Positions 31,815-41,184 of a DNA stretch of 64,000 nt are shown here, in pieces. Every line of letters begins with the position of its first letter. The first letter of the stretch is position 1. The notes beneath the pieces are model-generated. The model was not told the DNA's origin. It searched no databases and worked only from the letters and a program-made list of their open reading frames with translations. The stretch is from assembly GCA_016195085.1 (NCBI GenBank), contig JACQAG010000022.1, positions 10,700 to 74,699 on the forward strand, given 5' to 3'. The position numbers were made by a program, and so were the translations under genes. Origin of the DNA: Pseudomonadota bacterium. GTDB lineage: Bacteria; Pseudomonadota; Alphaproteobacteria; SHVZ01.

Positions 31815-32657
31815 CTAATTCAGAAGCTTGGCAACGAAGCGCGGCAGCTGGAAGGCGGCTTGGTGCAGCTCGGGGGAATAGTAGCGCGTATCGCGGAGGC
31901 GGGAGGTGCGGGTCTTTAGCGCCTCGGGCTTCTGCTGCCGGAGCGAGGCATCGTCGCTGGCCCAGCCCAAGGCCATGAAGCCGCCGTAATACGACGGCAC
32001 GGCGGCGAGGAAGCAGGCGGCATCGGCGAAGAGCGGCTTCAGCCGTCGATGCACCATGGTGAGCTCGTCGCCCTGGAAGAACGGCACGCCGTTCTGCAGC
32101 ACCAAGACGCCGCCGGCGGCGAGGCAGCGCTTGCATTCCTCGTAGAAGGCGACGGTGAACAGCACCTCGCCCGGGCCCTGCGGGTCGGTCGAGTCGACGA
32201 TGATCACGTCGAACTTGCGATCGGTCTCGGCGATGAACTTCATGCCGTCGGCGATCACCAGCTCGAAGCGGGGATCGGCGAATGCGCCGGCGGACACCTC
32301 GGGGAAGTATTCCTTGGACAGGTCCACGACGGCGCGATCGATCTCCACCATGGTCACGCGCTCGACGTCGTGCCGGAGCGCCTCGCGCAGGATCCCGCCG
32401 TCGCCGCCACCGACGATCAGCACCCGCTTCGCCTTGCCATGGGCCACGATCGGCACATGGGTCAGCATCTCGTGGTAGATGAACTCGTCCTTCTGGGTGA
32501 GCTGGATGACGCCATCGAGCGCCAGCACGCGGCCGAACACCGGCGTCTCGAAGATCACCAGATCCTGGTGCTCCGTCTTGATCCGGTGGACGATCTTACT
32601 GACCGCGAAACGCTGACCCACATCGGGGTACAGCGTCTCGCAGAACCAATCGGTCAC
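31815..32657 (-). CDS. speE: spermidine synthase
   Basis: YHEM, GGGDGG, VEID, DSTDP. Confidence 0.95.
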   Translation of the reverse strand: MTDWFCETLYPDVGQRFAVSKIVHRIKTEHQDLVIFETPVFGRVLALDGVIQLTQKDEFIYHEMLTHVPIVAHGKAKRVLIVGGGDGGILREALRHDVERVTMVEIDRAVVDLSKEYFPEVSAGAFADPRFELVIADGMKFIAETDRKFDVIIVDSTDPQGPGEVLFTVAFYEECKRCLAAGGVLVLQNGVPFFQGDELTMVHRRLKPLFADAACFLAAVPSYYGGFMALGWASDDASLRQQKPEALKTRTSRLRDTRYYSPELHQAAFQLPRFVAKLLN

Positions 32658-33157
32658 ACCAATCCTCGGCGATGTTCGACGAACTGCACCGAGCTCGGCT
32701 TGAAGGCCTCGCGCAGCACCGGCACCGCCTTGTGCGGCAAGGCGCTGCCGCACATGAACACATCGAGCGCGGCGTAGCCCCGCTCGGGCCAGGTGTGAAT
32801 GCTGATGTGGCTCTCTGCCAGCACCGCCACACCCGAGATGCCGCCCGACGGCTCGAACCGATGCAGGTGGATGTGCAATAGGGTCGCATTGCACGCCACG
32901 ACCGCGCGTCGCAAGGTTCGGTCGATGTGCTCGACATCGTCCAGCCCGGAGGCGCCCCAGAGATCGATGATCAAATGGGTTCCGGCGAAGGTCATTCCGT
33001 CGCGGGTGACGAAATGGTCGTCGGCTTCGATCTTAGTCCGCTGCTTTTTCTTTTGCCGGCGCGCGTTGGTCTCGGTCTCCCGGTTGGCTGGCTTCGCTTC
33101 GCGCGCCCGGGTTTCCAAGTCCATCCCCGCTGGGTCAAGAAAGATGGTGTCGGCCAT
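32654..33157 (-). CDS. speD: S-adenosylmethionine decarboxylase
   Basis: LAESHISIHTWPE, DVFMCG. Confidence 0.95.
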   Translation of the reverse strand: MADTIFLDPAGMDLETRAREAKPANRETETNARRQKKKQRTKIEADDHFVTRDGMTFAGTHLIIDLWGASGLDDVEHIDRTLRRAVVACNATLLHIHLHRFEPSGGISGVAVLAESHISIHTWPERGYAALDVFMCGSALPHKAVPVLREAFKPSSVQFVEHRRGLV

Positions 33158-33354
33158 CGCTCCCAATCTCCAACTATGAGATGTCCCAGAAATCACAAGG
33201 GTCGGTATCTGGGGCAAAAACACCTTGAGATCAAGAGGAAAATCCCCGCCGCCGGAAAAAACATGTCCGCCGCGCATCGGCGCCGCATCGCCGGGGGCGC
33301 ATTGCACCCTGATCCACCGGGCGCCGGGGGGAAGGTCCGGCTCCGATTCTGGCC

Positions 33355-34362
33355 TCAGCGGCGCGAGCTCCGCCGCCTGGGCTCGCCGCGCTCGCTGGAG
33401 GCCTTCATCGTCGGCCAGACCGGTCCGAACGCCCGCTCGACCTCTGCGATCGCCGGACCCTCACCCTTGCGATGCGCCTTGAGCGCGCCGGCGATGGCGG
33501 CCAGATGCTCGTAGCTCGAGCCGCAGCAGCCGCCGATGATCCTGGCGCCAGCGTCGAGCGCCAGGCGGGCGTATGTCGCCATCTGCTCGGGCGAGCCGGA
33601 ATAGTGGATCGCGCCGTCCATATACTGGGGAACGCCGCAATTGCCTTTGGCGATGATGACGTCGTCCGCCGCCGCCGCGCCGGCCATCAGCAGCACGCTG
33701 TCCAGGAGCTCGCCCGGACCCACGCCGCAATTGGCGCCGAACGCAGCCGGCCGCGTGCCGAGGGTGTGGGTGAACCGGGCGAAGTCGGCCGGCGTCACCC
33801 CCATCATGGTGCGCGCGTTGGTATCGAAGCTCATGGTGGTGACGATCGGAAGCCCGGTCGCCGCGGCGGCTTCCGCGGCCGCCGCCACCTCCTCGCGTGC
33901 CGACATGGTCTCGATCCAGAGCACATCGACGCCGCCCTCCGCTAGGCCCTGCGCCTGCTCGGCGAAGGCGGCGACGGCATCGGCGTGGCTGAGCGCGCCC
34001 AAGGGCTGAAACAGCTCGCCGGTCGGGCCGATCGAGCCGCCGACGATGACCTTCCGTCCGGCGGCATCGGCTACGCCGCGGGCGATGCGGGCGGCGGCGC
34101 GATTGAGCTCGATCACGCGGTCCTGGGCATTGTGCAGCTTCAAGCGCTGGCGGGTGCCGCCGAAGCTGTTGGTCAGCACGATGTCCGAGCCGGCCTCGAC
34201 GAAGCCTCGATGCACGCGCGCCACCCGCTCCGGGTGGTCGACGTTCCACAGCTCCGGCGCTTCGCCGCTCATCAAACCTTGGGAGAAGAGGTTGGTGCCC
34301 ATGGCGCCGTCGGCGACCAGATAAGGGCGGATTTGCAGGAGCTCGAGGAAAGAGTTTGCCAT
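33355..34362 (-). CDS. homocysteine S-methyltransferase (stand-alone MetH Hcy domain, bmt-like)
   Basis: DGAMGT, GANCG, IGGCCG zinc ligands. Confidence 0.88.
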   Translation of the reverse strand: MANSFLELLQIRPYLVADGAMGTNLFSQGLMSGEAPELWNVDHPERVARVHRGFVEAGSDIVLTNSFGGTRQRLKLHNAQDRVIELNRAAARIARGVADAAGRKVIVGGSIGPTGELFQPLGALSHADAVAAFAEQAQGLAEGGVDVLWIETMSAREEVAAAAEAAAATGLPIVTTMSFDTNARTMMGVTPADFARFTHTLGTRPAAFGANCGVGPGELLDSVLLMAGAAAADDVIIAKGNCGVPQYMDGAIHYSGSPEQMATYARLALDAGARIIGGCCGSSYEHLAAIAGALKAHRKGEGPAIAEVERAFGPVWPTMKASSERGEPRRRSSRR

Positions 34363-34371
34363 GTCTCTAGC

Positions 34372-34617
34372 CTATGAGCCGGCTTGCGCGAGGCCGTCGG
34401 AACGACCCCGGCGGCGCGTCTCGCGGCGGCGGTCGAGCCCGAGGGCGGTGCGTCGGTCGCGCAGGCGCGCGAGGATAGCGTGACGGCCGGCGTTGTCGAG
34501 GCTGAGCCAGGCGCCGATCTCCTCGCTCGACCTGAAGCAGCCGGTGCAATAGCCCGTGGCCGGGTCGAGCTGGCAGACGGCAATGCAAGGCGAGGGCAGC
34601 GGAATGTCGAAGGACAT
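34372..34617 (-). CDS. DUF1289 family protein
   Basis: SPCIAVC..CTGCFRS.EEI..W. Confidence 0.85.
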   Translation of the reverse strand: MSFDIPLPSPCIAVCQLDPATGYCTGCFRSSEEIGAWLSLDNAGRHAILARLRDRRTALGLDRRRETRRRGRSDGLAQAGS

Positions 34618-34670
34618 CGTTGACCCACTACGCCAAAGCCGCCGCCTTCGCCAGTCAATTTCGGGGTGTG

Positions 34671-35438
34671 CTAGCCGGTGATCTGCGTATAGACGGTGCG
34701 GGCGATGGGCAGGAGCCGGTCGCGGTCGAGGTCGCCGCTGAGCGCGCAGCCGATCGGACCGTCGAGCCAGTAGAAGACCTTGACGCCGTTCTCGTCGGTG
34801 AAGCGGAAGGCGGTCTCCCGGTTGTCGGGGCTCGCCCTGAGATAGAGGGTCAAACGCTGGCCGGACGCGTTCTCGTACATGAACTGCGCCGCCGGCTGAC
34901 CGTCCGACGGCAACAGCCGGCCACCGACGAGCTGGAAGCCGTAGCTCGCGAGCCGCGGCACCTTCAAAGGTTGGCCCAGCCGCTTGGACAGCCAGGCGAC
35001 GAGATGCTCTTCCTCGTTGGCCGCGACCTCGACCGGGTGGCGCACCTCGGCCACGAACAGCCGGTGGGCATCGACCGCCTGCCGGGCCAGCGCTCCGGAG
35101 ATGCGGCCGCCGGTCGGGGCCTCGTGGGCGAGCCAGCCCGTGCCCAGCCCGAGCCCGAACAAGGCGATCGAGGCCGCAACCGCCCTGAGGCGCTTCGCCC
35201 AGCTCCGGCCCGGCTGCTCGACCGCCCGCTTGAGGCGATCGGGCAGGGCCTCGAGCAGCACCGGATCGTAGGCCCGCCGCACCGCCTCGGCGATGCGCCG
35301 ATAGTCGGCGACCCGGGCGGCGTCCTCCGGGTTAATCTCCAAGTGGCGTTCGACCTCGGCCAGGCGTTCCGGTGCCAGCGCGCCGTCCACATAGGCATTC
35401 AGGTCCAGCTCGCCGATCGGTCGCGTCGGCTCGGTCAT
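34671..35438 (-). CDS. transmembrane anti-sigma factor
   Basis: AYVDG.L N-terminus, TM helix, HLVAWLSKRLG, LVGGRLLP. Confidence 0.9.
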   Translation of the reverse strand: MTEPTRPIGELDLNAYVDGALAPERLAEVERHLEINPEDAARVADYRRIAEAVRRAYDPVLLEALPDRLKRAVEQPGRSWAKRLRAVAASIALFGLGLGTGWLAHEAPTGGRISGALARQAVDAHRLFVAEVRHPVEVAANEEEHLVAWLSKRLGQPLKVPRLASYGFQLVGGRLLPSDGQPAAQFMYENASGQRLTLYLRASPDNRETAFRFTDENGVKVFYWLDGPIGCALSGDLDRDRLLPIARTVYTQITG

Positions 35439-35938
35439 TTCACTCTCCGCAGCGCGGGCGGCGTCTCGCCGGATAGGGCCTGGCGCAAACGATCGCGGCC
35501 GCGCGCCAGCCGCGACATGACCGTTCCGATCGGCACGCCCAGGGTATTCGCCGCGTCTTGGTAGCTGAAGCCCTCGAGAGTGACCAGGAGCAGCACCTCG
35601 CGTTGGTCCTCCGGCAGTCGTTCGAGGGCAGCGGCCAGCTCGCCGAGCGCGACCCGGTCAATCTGCCGGGCCGGCTCGGCGAGCGGACCGCTCGCCTCCA
35701 GCGACACCGCTGGGGGCATTGCGGTGCGCTGGCGAGCTTGGTTCACGTGAATGTTGTGCATGATCGTAAATAGCCAGGAACGAAGTGATCCCGTCGGTTG
35801 CCACAAATGCCAGCGTCCGAGCGCCCGCTCGAGACAGTCCTGCACCAGGTCGTCAGCACGATCCGCGTCGCGCAGCAAGGCGCGCGCATAGCGCCGAAGG
35901 CTCGGCACCTGCTCCAAGATGGCGTTGCGGCTCAACAA
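35435..35938 (-). CDS. ECF RNA polymerase sigma factor
   Basis: ADDLVQD, WLFTI, GTVMSRLARGR. Confidence 0.92.
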   Translation of the reverse strand: MLSRNAILEQVPSLRRYARALLRDADRADDLVQDCLERALGRWHLWQPTGSLRSWLFTIMHNIHVNQARQRTAMPPAVSLEASGPLAEPARQIDRVALGELAAALERLPEDQREVLLLVTLEGFSYQDAANTLGVPIGTVMSRLARGRDRLRQALSGETPPALRRVK

Positions 35939-36000
35939 TCCGACGCCTTGCCCCCTTTGGCGTTCGCGGGCCAGGTTTTCCGGCCCGGAACAATGAGGTC

Positions 36001-36025
36001 AACAGCGGAACGAGCGATTTATTCC
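36001..36025 (-). promoter_or_regulatory. putative ECF promoter (autoregulatory)
   Basis: GGAATAA-N11-CGCTGTT on the minus strand. Confidence 0.6.
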
Positions 36026-36043
36026 GGCAATAGCCGGAATCCT

Positions 36044-36637
36044 TCAACGCATCGGGTCGGCCATGCCGCCTGAATCGGCCTTGGATCCGGTGTCCGCGGT
36101 GGCGGCCGCACGTTGGGCAAGGCCCTTCTTTGCCTTGTACTGGGCGATCGCCTGCTTCAAGTCGGTGTATTCCTCGCAACCGAAGAAGCAGAGCCGGTCG
36201 AGCTTGGCCAGGTGCTCCTCGGCCTTCGGTAGGTCGTTCAGCATGAGGTAGAGCTCGCCCATATACTCGTTGGCGCCGCGATGGTTGGGACTGAGGCTGA
36301 GCGCCCGCTCATAGGCGAGCTTGGCCTCGTCGAGCTTTCCGGTCTTGCGCAGGCTAAATCCCAGGAAATTGAACACATCGGGGTCGTTGGAACGGCTGCT
36401 CGTCAATTTCTCGAGGGCAGGGATGGCGTTGGCGAAGTCCTCGCGCATCACCATCTTCACCGCCGCCGCATAGGCGGCATCGGCCTCATTCGCGGCCTTC
36501 CCGCCCCCGCCCTCGGCACCACCCCCGCCACCGCCGCCGCCGCCGCTCCCGCCGGCATCGGCAAGGGCCGGCGGGCTGGCTATAGCCAAGCTCACGGCCA
36601 CCGTCGCCGCGGCGAAAAACGCTCTGATATCCGGCAT
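36044..36637 (-). CDS. exported TPR protein
   Basis: signal peptide, Gly-rich linker, NFLGFSLRK, HRGANEYMGELYL. Confidence 0.85.
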   Translation of the reverse strand: MPDIRAFFAAATVAVSLAIASPPALADAGGSGGGGGGGGGAEGGGGKAANEADAAYAAAVKMVMREDFANAIPALEKLTSSRSNDPDVFNFLGFSLRKTGKLDEAKLAYERALSLSPNHRGANEYMGELYLMLNDLPKAEEHLAKLDRLCFFGCEEYTDLKQAIAQYKAKKGLAQRAAATADTGSKADSGGMADPMR

Positions 36638-36686
36638 TGCTCCTCCCTTTCCCTGGCGCAGCCTATCCAAGGTCCTAACCCAAAGG

Positions 36687-36712
36687 AACAGCGCAGCTGC
36701 GGGGCTTATTCC
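36687..36712 (-). promoter_or_regulatory. putative ECF promoter of TPR gene
   Basis: GGAATAA-N12-CGCTGTT on the minus strand. Confidence 0.6.
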
Positions 36713-37590
36713 CGCGCTTCATCCTCGATCGCAAGGAGAATGGCAGTGGCGTCGTCCCGGGGCTTCAGGCGCGGATAGCGGCGACAGGTGGCGTCCGCGG
36801 CTTCGATCTGGCGAAGCTCGCGGCCGAGATCGGCCAGCCCGAGCACGCAAGCGGCCTTGATGAAGCTGTCGGGCGTATAGGCGCCATAGGTGTCGACCAG
36901 GCGGAAAAAGCCGTCGGTAACCAGGAGGAGGGTGCCGGGTGGGGTGAGGATGAGCCGCTCCCGGTCGATCGAGGCGGTCGCGCCCGTCCTGCCTTCGGCC
37001 CAGTTGGCATAGCGCATGACCGAGCGGACGCGTGAACGACGAAGATCGCCGAGCATGGCGCTCAGCACCGCATCCGGATCGACGGTGCCGCCCGCATGGA
37101 GCGCCTGAACCGCGGCATTCACCTGGCGGTCGGATTGGTCTTCCCCCTGCAGGCCGAGGATCCGCCCCGGCCCCGGGGCGGCGAGCAGCAGCGCCTTGCC
37201 GTCGCCGAGGGACACCATTTCCAAGGACACCGTCCGGTCGCCGAGGCGCTGCCAGGCGACCGCCAGCAGGGTCGCCAGCGGCCGCCCATAGTCGGGCACC
37301 GCGGCGCCGGCGACGCCGGCGAAGGCGGCATTGGCGGCGCGGTAGGCCTGCCGCATCTGTTGTTCGAGGTCGCCGCCCAGCATCGCCTCTCGGGTCATGC
37401 AGCGGCTGAGGGTCAGGGCGAACCAGGCCGCATCGCTCTTGGCTTCCGGCACGTATTCTTGGTCCCCGACGCCGGTCGCTCCGTCGATGACCCAGGCCGC
37501 TCCCGCCGCCGGCGAGCCGATCCCGCCATAGGCATCGTCGTTGGCGGGGAGACCGGCCGCAAGGCTGAGGCGGTCGATGATGTTGAACAT
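36706..37590 (-). CDS. PP2C-like phosphatase domain protein
   Basis: NDD, VIDGATG, LGD, TDGF, DDAT. Confidence 0.75.
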   Translation of the reverse strand: MFNIIDRLSLAAGLPANDDAYGGIGSPAAGAAWVIDGATGVGDQEYVPEAKSDAAWFALTLSRCMTREAMLGGDLEQQMRQAYRAANAAFAGVAGAAVPDYGRPLATLLAVAWQRLGDRTVSLEMVSLGDGKALLLAAPGPGRILGLQGEDQSDRQVNAAVQALHAGGTVDPDAVLSAMLGDLRRSRVRSVMRYANWAEGRTGATASIDRERLILTPPGTLLLVTDGFFRLVDTYGAYTPDSFIKAACVLGLADLGRELRQIEAADATCRRYPRLKPRDDATAILLAIEDEARE

Positions 37591-37655
37591 GGCCCAATCT
37601 ACCAGATCGGTCGTGTTAGGCTCGCCGGCGGCGGACGCAATGGAACGAGGGACCG

Positions 37656-38123
37656 ATGGCGCAATCGCTGGCCGATACCGAGGCGACACTTGAACCCGGC
37701 ATGGTTCTGGTGGCGGAATCCGGCGCGGGGCTGCTCACGCAGACGATGTTCGACGGGCGACACCGGCTCCTCGCCGACGAGCCCAAGGAGGCTGGCGGCA
37801 CCGATGCCGGCCCGGGCCCCTATGAGCTCTTGCTGATGGCGCTCGGCGCGTGCACCTCGATGACGATCCGGCTCTATGCGCGGCGGAAGAATTGGCCTTT
37901 GGAGCGGATCGAGGTCAGGCTCAGCCACGGCAAGATCTACGCAAAGGACTGCGCCGATTGTGAGACCAAGGAAGGCAAGATCGATCGGATCGAGCGTCGA
38001 ATCCAACTCGTGGGCGGGCTCGATGCCGCTCAGCGGCAACGCCTGATGGAGATCGCGGAGATGTGCCCGGTGCATCGCACGCTCACCTCAGAGATCAAGA
38101 TCGTCACCCGCGCCGGCGTCTGA
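37656..38123 (+). CDS. OsmC family protein
   Basis: ADEP..GG.D.GP.PYELL..ALGAC, CPVHRTL. Confidence 0.92.
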   Translation: MAQSLADTEATLEPGMVLVAESGAGLLTQTMFDGRHRLLADEPKEAGGTDAGPGPYELLLMALGACTSMTIRLYARRKNWPLERIEVRLSHGKIYAKDCADCETKEGKIDRIERRIQLVGGLDAAQRQRLMEIAEMCPVHRTLTSEIKIVTRAGV

Positions 38124-38155
38124 GCCGAGCCCTTCCAGAGAAGCCAGGAAACGTC

Positions 38156-39472
38156 ATGACAGGAGCCAAGACCATGCAGCTTGCCGAGCTCGAGCGGAGC
38201 CGGGTCGACCACCGCACCAAGGGCATTCCGGGCGGCAGCAACGCCACAGCGTTGAAGGAAATCGGCCAGCGCGGCTGGAACGTGCTGAAAGAGGATCTGG
38301 TCCTGCCGCTGGCGGTGCTGAGGGACTCGGCGCTGACCCACAATGGCCAGTGGATGCGCCGGTTCCTGGAGGCGAGCGGCGCGCTCTTCGCTCCGCACGG
38401 CAAGACCACCATGGCGCCGCAGCTGTTCAAGCGCCAGCTCGATGACGGGGCCTGGGGCATCACCGTGGCGACCGCGCAGCAGCTCGCGGTCTGCCGCGAT
38501 TTCGGCGTCAAGCGCGTGGTGATGGCGAACCAGCTCATCGGCCGCCATGCCATCCGCTACGTGCTCGACGAGATCGCGCGCGATCCGCAATTCGACTTCT
38601 ATTGCCTGGTCGACTCCCTCGATGGCGTGCGCATCCTGGCCGCGGCGGCGAAGGCAAGGGGTGCAGGTCGGCCGCTGCAGGTGCTGCTCGAGGGCGGCAT
38701 CGAAGGCGGGCGGACCGGCGTGCGCGACCTCGCAACCGGACTCGCCGTCGCGCGCGCGGTCGCGGCTTCGCGCCCGCATCTCGAGCTCCGCGGAACCGAA
38801 GGCTTCGAGGGCCTCCTGCAGGGCAAGACGCCGGAGGAGAGGCAGGCCAAGGTCGACGCCTTCCTCGACTTTCTGGCCGAGCTCGCGGTCAAGGCCGGTC
38901 AGGAAGGACTCTTCGGGCCCGGGGACATTCTGCTCAGCGCCGGCGGCTCGGCGTTCTATGACCGCGTCGTCGAGCGATTCCGTCAAGCGAAGGTCGAAGG
39001 CGCGCCCCGCATCGTCATCCGCAGCGGCTGCTATCTGACCCATGACGACGTCATGTACAGCCAGGCCTTCAAGCACGTGCTGGAGCGCTCGCCCGTCGCC
39101 CGCGGCCTCGGCGAGGGTCTACAGCCGGCGCTCGAAGTGTGGACCTATGTGCAGTCGCGGCCCGAATTCGGCCGCGCGCTCGTCACCATGGGCCGCCGCG
39201 ACGCCGGCGCCGATGCCGGCTGGCCGCTGCCCATCAAGTGGTTCCGTCCGGGCGTCCATGACCGGCCGCAGGCGATCGGCCCGGGCCATGTCTGTGTCGG
39301 CATGAACGACCAGCATGGCTATCTGGATCTGCCCGTGGGCTCGCCGCTCAAGGTCGGCGATTTGGTGGCGTTCGGCGTCTCGCACCCCTGCACCACCTTC
39401 GACAGCTGGCAGGTGCTCTACGTCGTCGACGACGATTACAATGTGACCGACGCCATCAGGACGTTCTTCTAA
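38156..39472 (+). CDS. DSD1-family PLP enzyme (D-amino acid deaminase/aldolase)
   Basis: APHGKTTM, RSGCY, NDQH, SHPCTTFD. Confidence 0.88.
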   Translation: MTGAKTMQLAELERSRVDHRTKGIPGGSNATALKEIGQRGWNVLKEDLVLPLAVLRDSALTHNGQWMRRFLEASGALFAPHGKTTMAPQLFKRQLDDGAWGITVATAQQLAVCRDFGVKRVVMANQLIGRHAIRYVLDEIARDPQFDFYCLVDSLDGVRILAAAAKARGAGRPLQVLLEGGIEGGRTGVRDLATGLAVARAVAASRPHLELRGTEGFEGLLQGKTPEERQAKVDAFLDFLAELAVKAGQEGLFGPGDILLSAGGSAFYDRVVERFRQAKVEGAPRIVIRSGCYLTHDDVMYSQAFKHVLERSPVARGLGEGLQPALEVWTYVQSRPEFGRALVTMGRRDAGADAGWPLPIKWFRPGVHDRPQAIGPGHVCVGMNDQHGYLDLPVGSPLKVGDLVAFGVSHPCTTFDSWQVLYVVDDDYNVTDAIRTFF

Positions 39473-39554
39473 GACGGGACGCGCAGCCTCCGTGGTGTTC
39501 CTGGGGCTTGATGGCGTTTGACGCCATCGGCCGTCGATGGCATCTTGTTCCATC

Positions 39555-39842
39555 ATGAGGGCCGAACTGCTGATCCGCGAAAGGGTTGTGTACCCGGACG
39601 GCAGCCTGGTCGAAATGGTCGTTTGGCGAGTGCCGCGGCCGGTCGCTCCGTCGCCGCATGGGTTCAAATATCGATTCGCGTATGTGGTCGGGCGGAAGAG
39701 GTTGGTTGGGTACGACAATGAACGCGGCAAAGGTGACCATCGGCATTTCATGGGGCGCGAACGAGCATTCACATTTACGTCGATCGAGGAGTTGTTGGCC
39801 CGTTTCGTGGCGGAGGTCGAGGCGTTGAGGAACGAGCAATGA
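39555..39842 (+). CDS. DUF6516/TumE-like putative toxin
   Basis: H.FKYR, GYDNERGKGDHRH. Confidence 0.8.
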   Translation: MRAELLIRERVVYPDGSLVEMVVWRVPRPVAPSPHGFKYRFAYVVGRKRLVGYDNERGKGDHRHFMGRERAFTFTSIEELLARFVAEVEALRNEQ

Positions 39843-40201
39843 AGAAGCAGATAAGAGTTGGTGGATCGCTACGCGAGGCAGCCGCGCGTGTGCTGGATGC
39901 GTGGCGACGGGTCGAGCGAGGACGAAAGGTCCCGGCACAGGACAATGTGACGTTTCTCACGTGGTCCAGCTTGGCGTCGGTGATGACGGATCGCCGGCAT
40001 CAGTTGCTGCGCCATCTCCATCGGCATCCGGAACCAAGCATTCGCGCGCTCGCACGAGCTCTCGGACGCGACTACAAGCGGGTCTACGAGGATGTGCAGG
40101 CGCTCGCGGCGGTAGGGCTCTTGGAGAAGGACGGGACCATGTTGCGCGCGAGCTACGAGGAGATCCAGGCTTCGATCAGCATGAGCGAGATTGCTGCTTA
40201 G
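39839..40201 (+). CDS. wHTH protein, putative cognate antitoxin
   Basis: SIRALARALGRDYKRVYEDVQAL; ATGA overlap. Confidence 0.8.
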   Translation: MKKQIRVGGSLREAAARVLDAWRRVERGRKVPAQDNVTFLTWSSLASVMTDRRHQLLRHLHRHPEPSIRALARALGRDYKRVYEDVQALAAVGLLEKDGTMLRASYEEIQASISMSEIAA

Positions 40202-40224
40202 GTCTGGCAGAAAGCGTTCGCTCC

Positions 40225-41184
40225 TCAGCCGATACCCGCGCGGCCCATCTCCAGAAACTTGTCGCGGCGGCGGTTGCGCAGGACCCCGCCGTCGTGATGC
40301 ACGTGCTTCATGAGTGCCGCTTCGATCGCGTCGCCCAAGCTGGCGATGGCGACCTTGGGCTGCCGGTGGGCGCCGCCCAGCGGCTCCGCTACGATCTCGT
40401 CGATGATGCCGAGCTTGAAGAGATCTTGCGCGGTGAGCTTGAGCGCGTCGGCGGCATCCTTGGCGTGCTCGGCCGCCCGCCAAAGGATGGAGGCGCAGCC
40501 TTCGGGCGAAATCACCGAATAGACGGCATGCTCCAGCATCAGCACGTGATTGCCCGCCGCCAGCGCCATGGCGCCGCCTGAGCCGCCTTCGCCGAGAATC
40601 GTGGCGATGATCGGCACGCGGAGCTGGAGCGAGGTCTCGATCGACCGGGCGATCGCCTCGGCCTGGCCGCGCTCTTCCGCGCCCACGCCCGGATAGGCCC
40701 CGGCCGTGTCGACCAAGGTCAAGACCGGCAGATGGAAGCGGTCCGCCAGCTCCATCAGCCGGCGCGCCTTGCGATAACCCTCCGGCCGGGCCATGCCGAA
40801 GTTGTGGCGGACCCGCGCCTCGGTGGTGGCCCCTTTCTCGGTGCCGAGCACCACGGCCGAGTAGCCGCGGAAGCGGCCGATGCCGCCGATCACCGCCCGG
40901 TCCTCGGCGAAGGCGCGGTCGCCGGCAAGCGGCGTGAAGTCCTCGACGAGCTCGGCGATCACCTCGCTCGCATGCGGGCGTTCCGGGTGGCGCGCCACCA
41001 GCACCTTCTGCCAGGGGGTCAGCTTCTGATAGGTGGCGCGGAGCTGCCGCTCGACCTTGCCCTGAAGGCGCGCCACCTCCTCGGCAATGTTGATCGTGCC
41101 GTCGTTGCTGAGATGCTTCAGTTCCTCGATCTTGCCTTCGAGCTCGGCGATCGGCTTTTCGAAATCGAGAAACTGCCGCGTCAT
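40225..41184 (-). CDS. accA: acetyl-CoA carboxylase carboxyltransferase alpha
   Basis: LDFEKPI, ARHPERP, AEERGQ, GEGGSGGA. Confidence 0.96.
   Translation of the reverse strand: MTRQFLDFEKPIAELEGKIEELKHLSNDGTINIAEEVARLQGKVERQLRATYQKLTPWQKVLVARHPERPHASEVIAELVEDFTPLAGDRAFAEDRAVIGGIGRFRGYSAVVLGTEKGATTEARVRHNFGMARPEGYRKARRLMELADRFHLPVLTLVDTAGAYPGVGAEERGQAEAIARSIETSLQLRVPIIATILGEGGSGGAMALAAGNHVLMLEHAVYSVISPEGCASILWRAAEHAKDAADALKLTAQDLFKLGIIDEIVAEPLGGAHRQPKVAIASLGDAIEAALMKHVHHDGGVLRNRRRDKFLEMGRAGIG

Noticed and set aside
36500-36556. CCG-rich tandem tract
   Set aside because: Encodes a Gly-rich linker of the TPR protein; ordinary low complexity.
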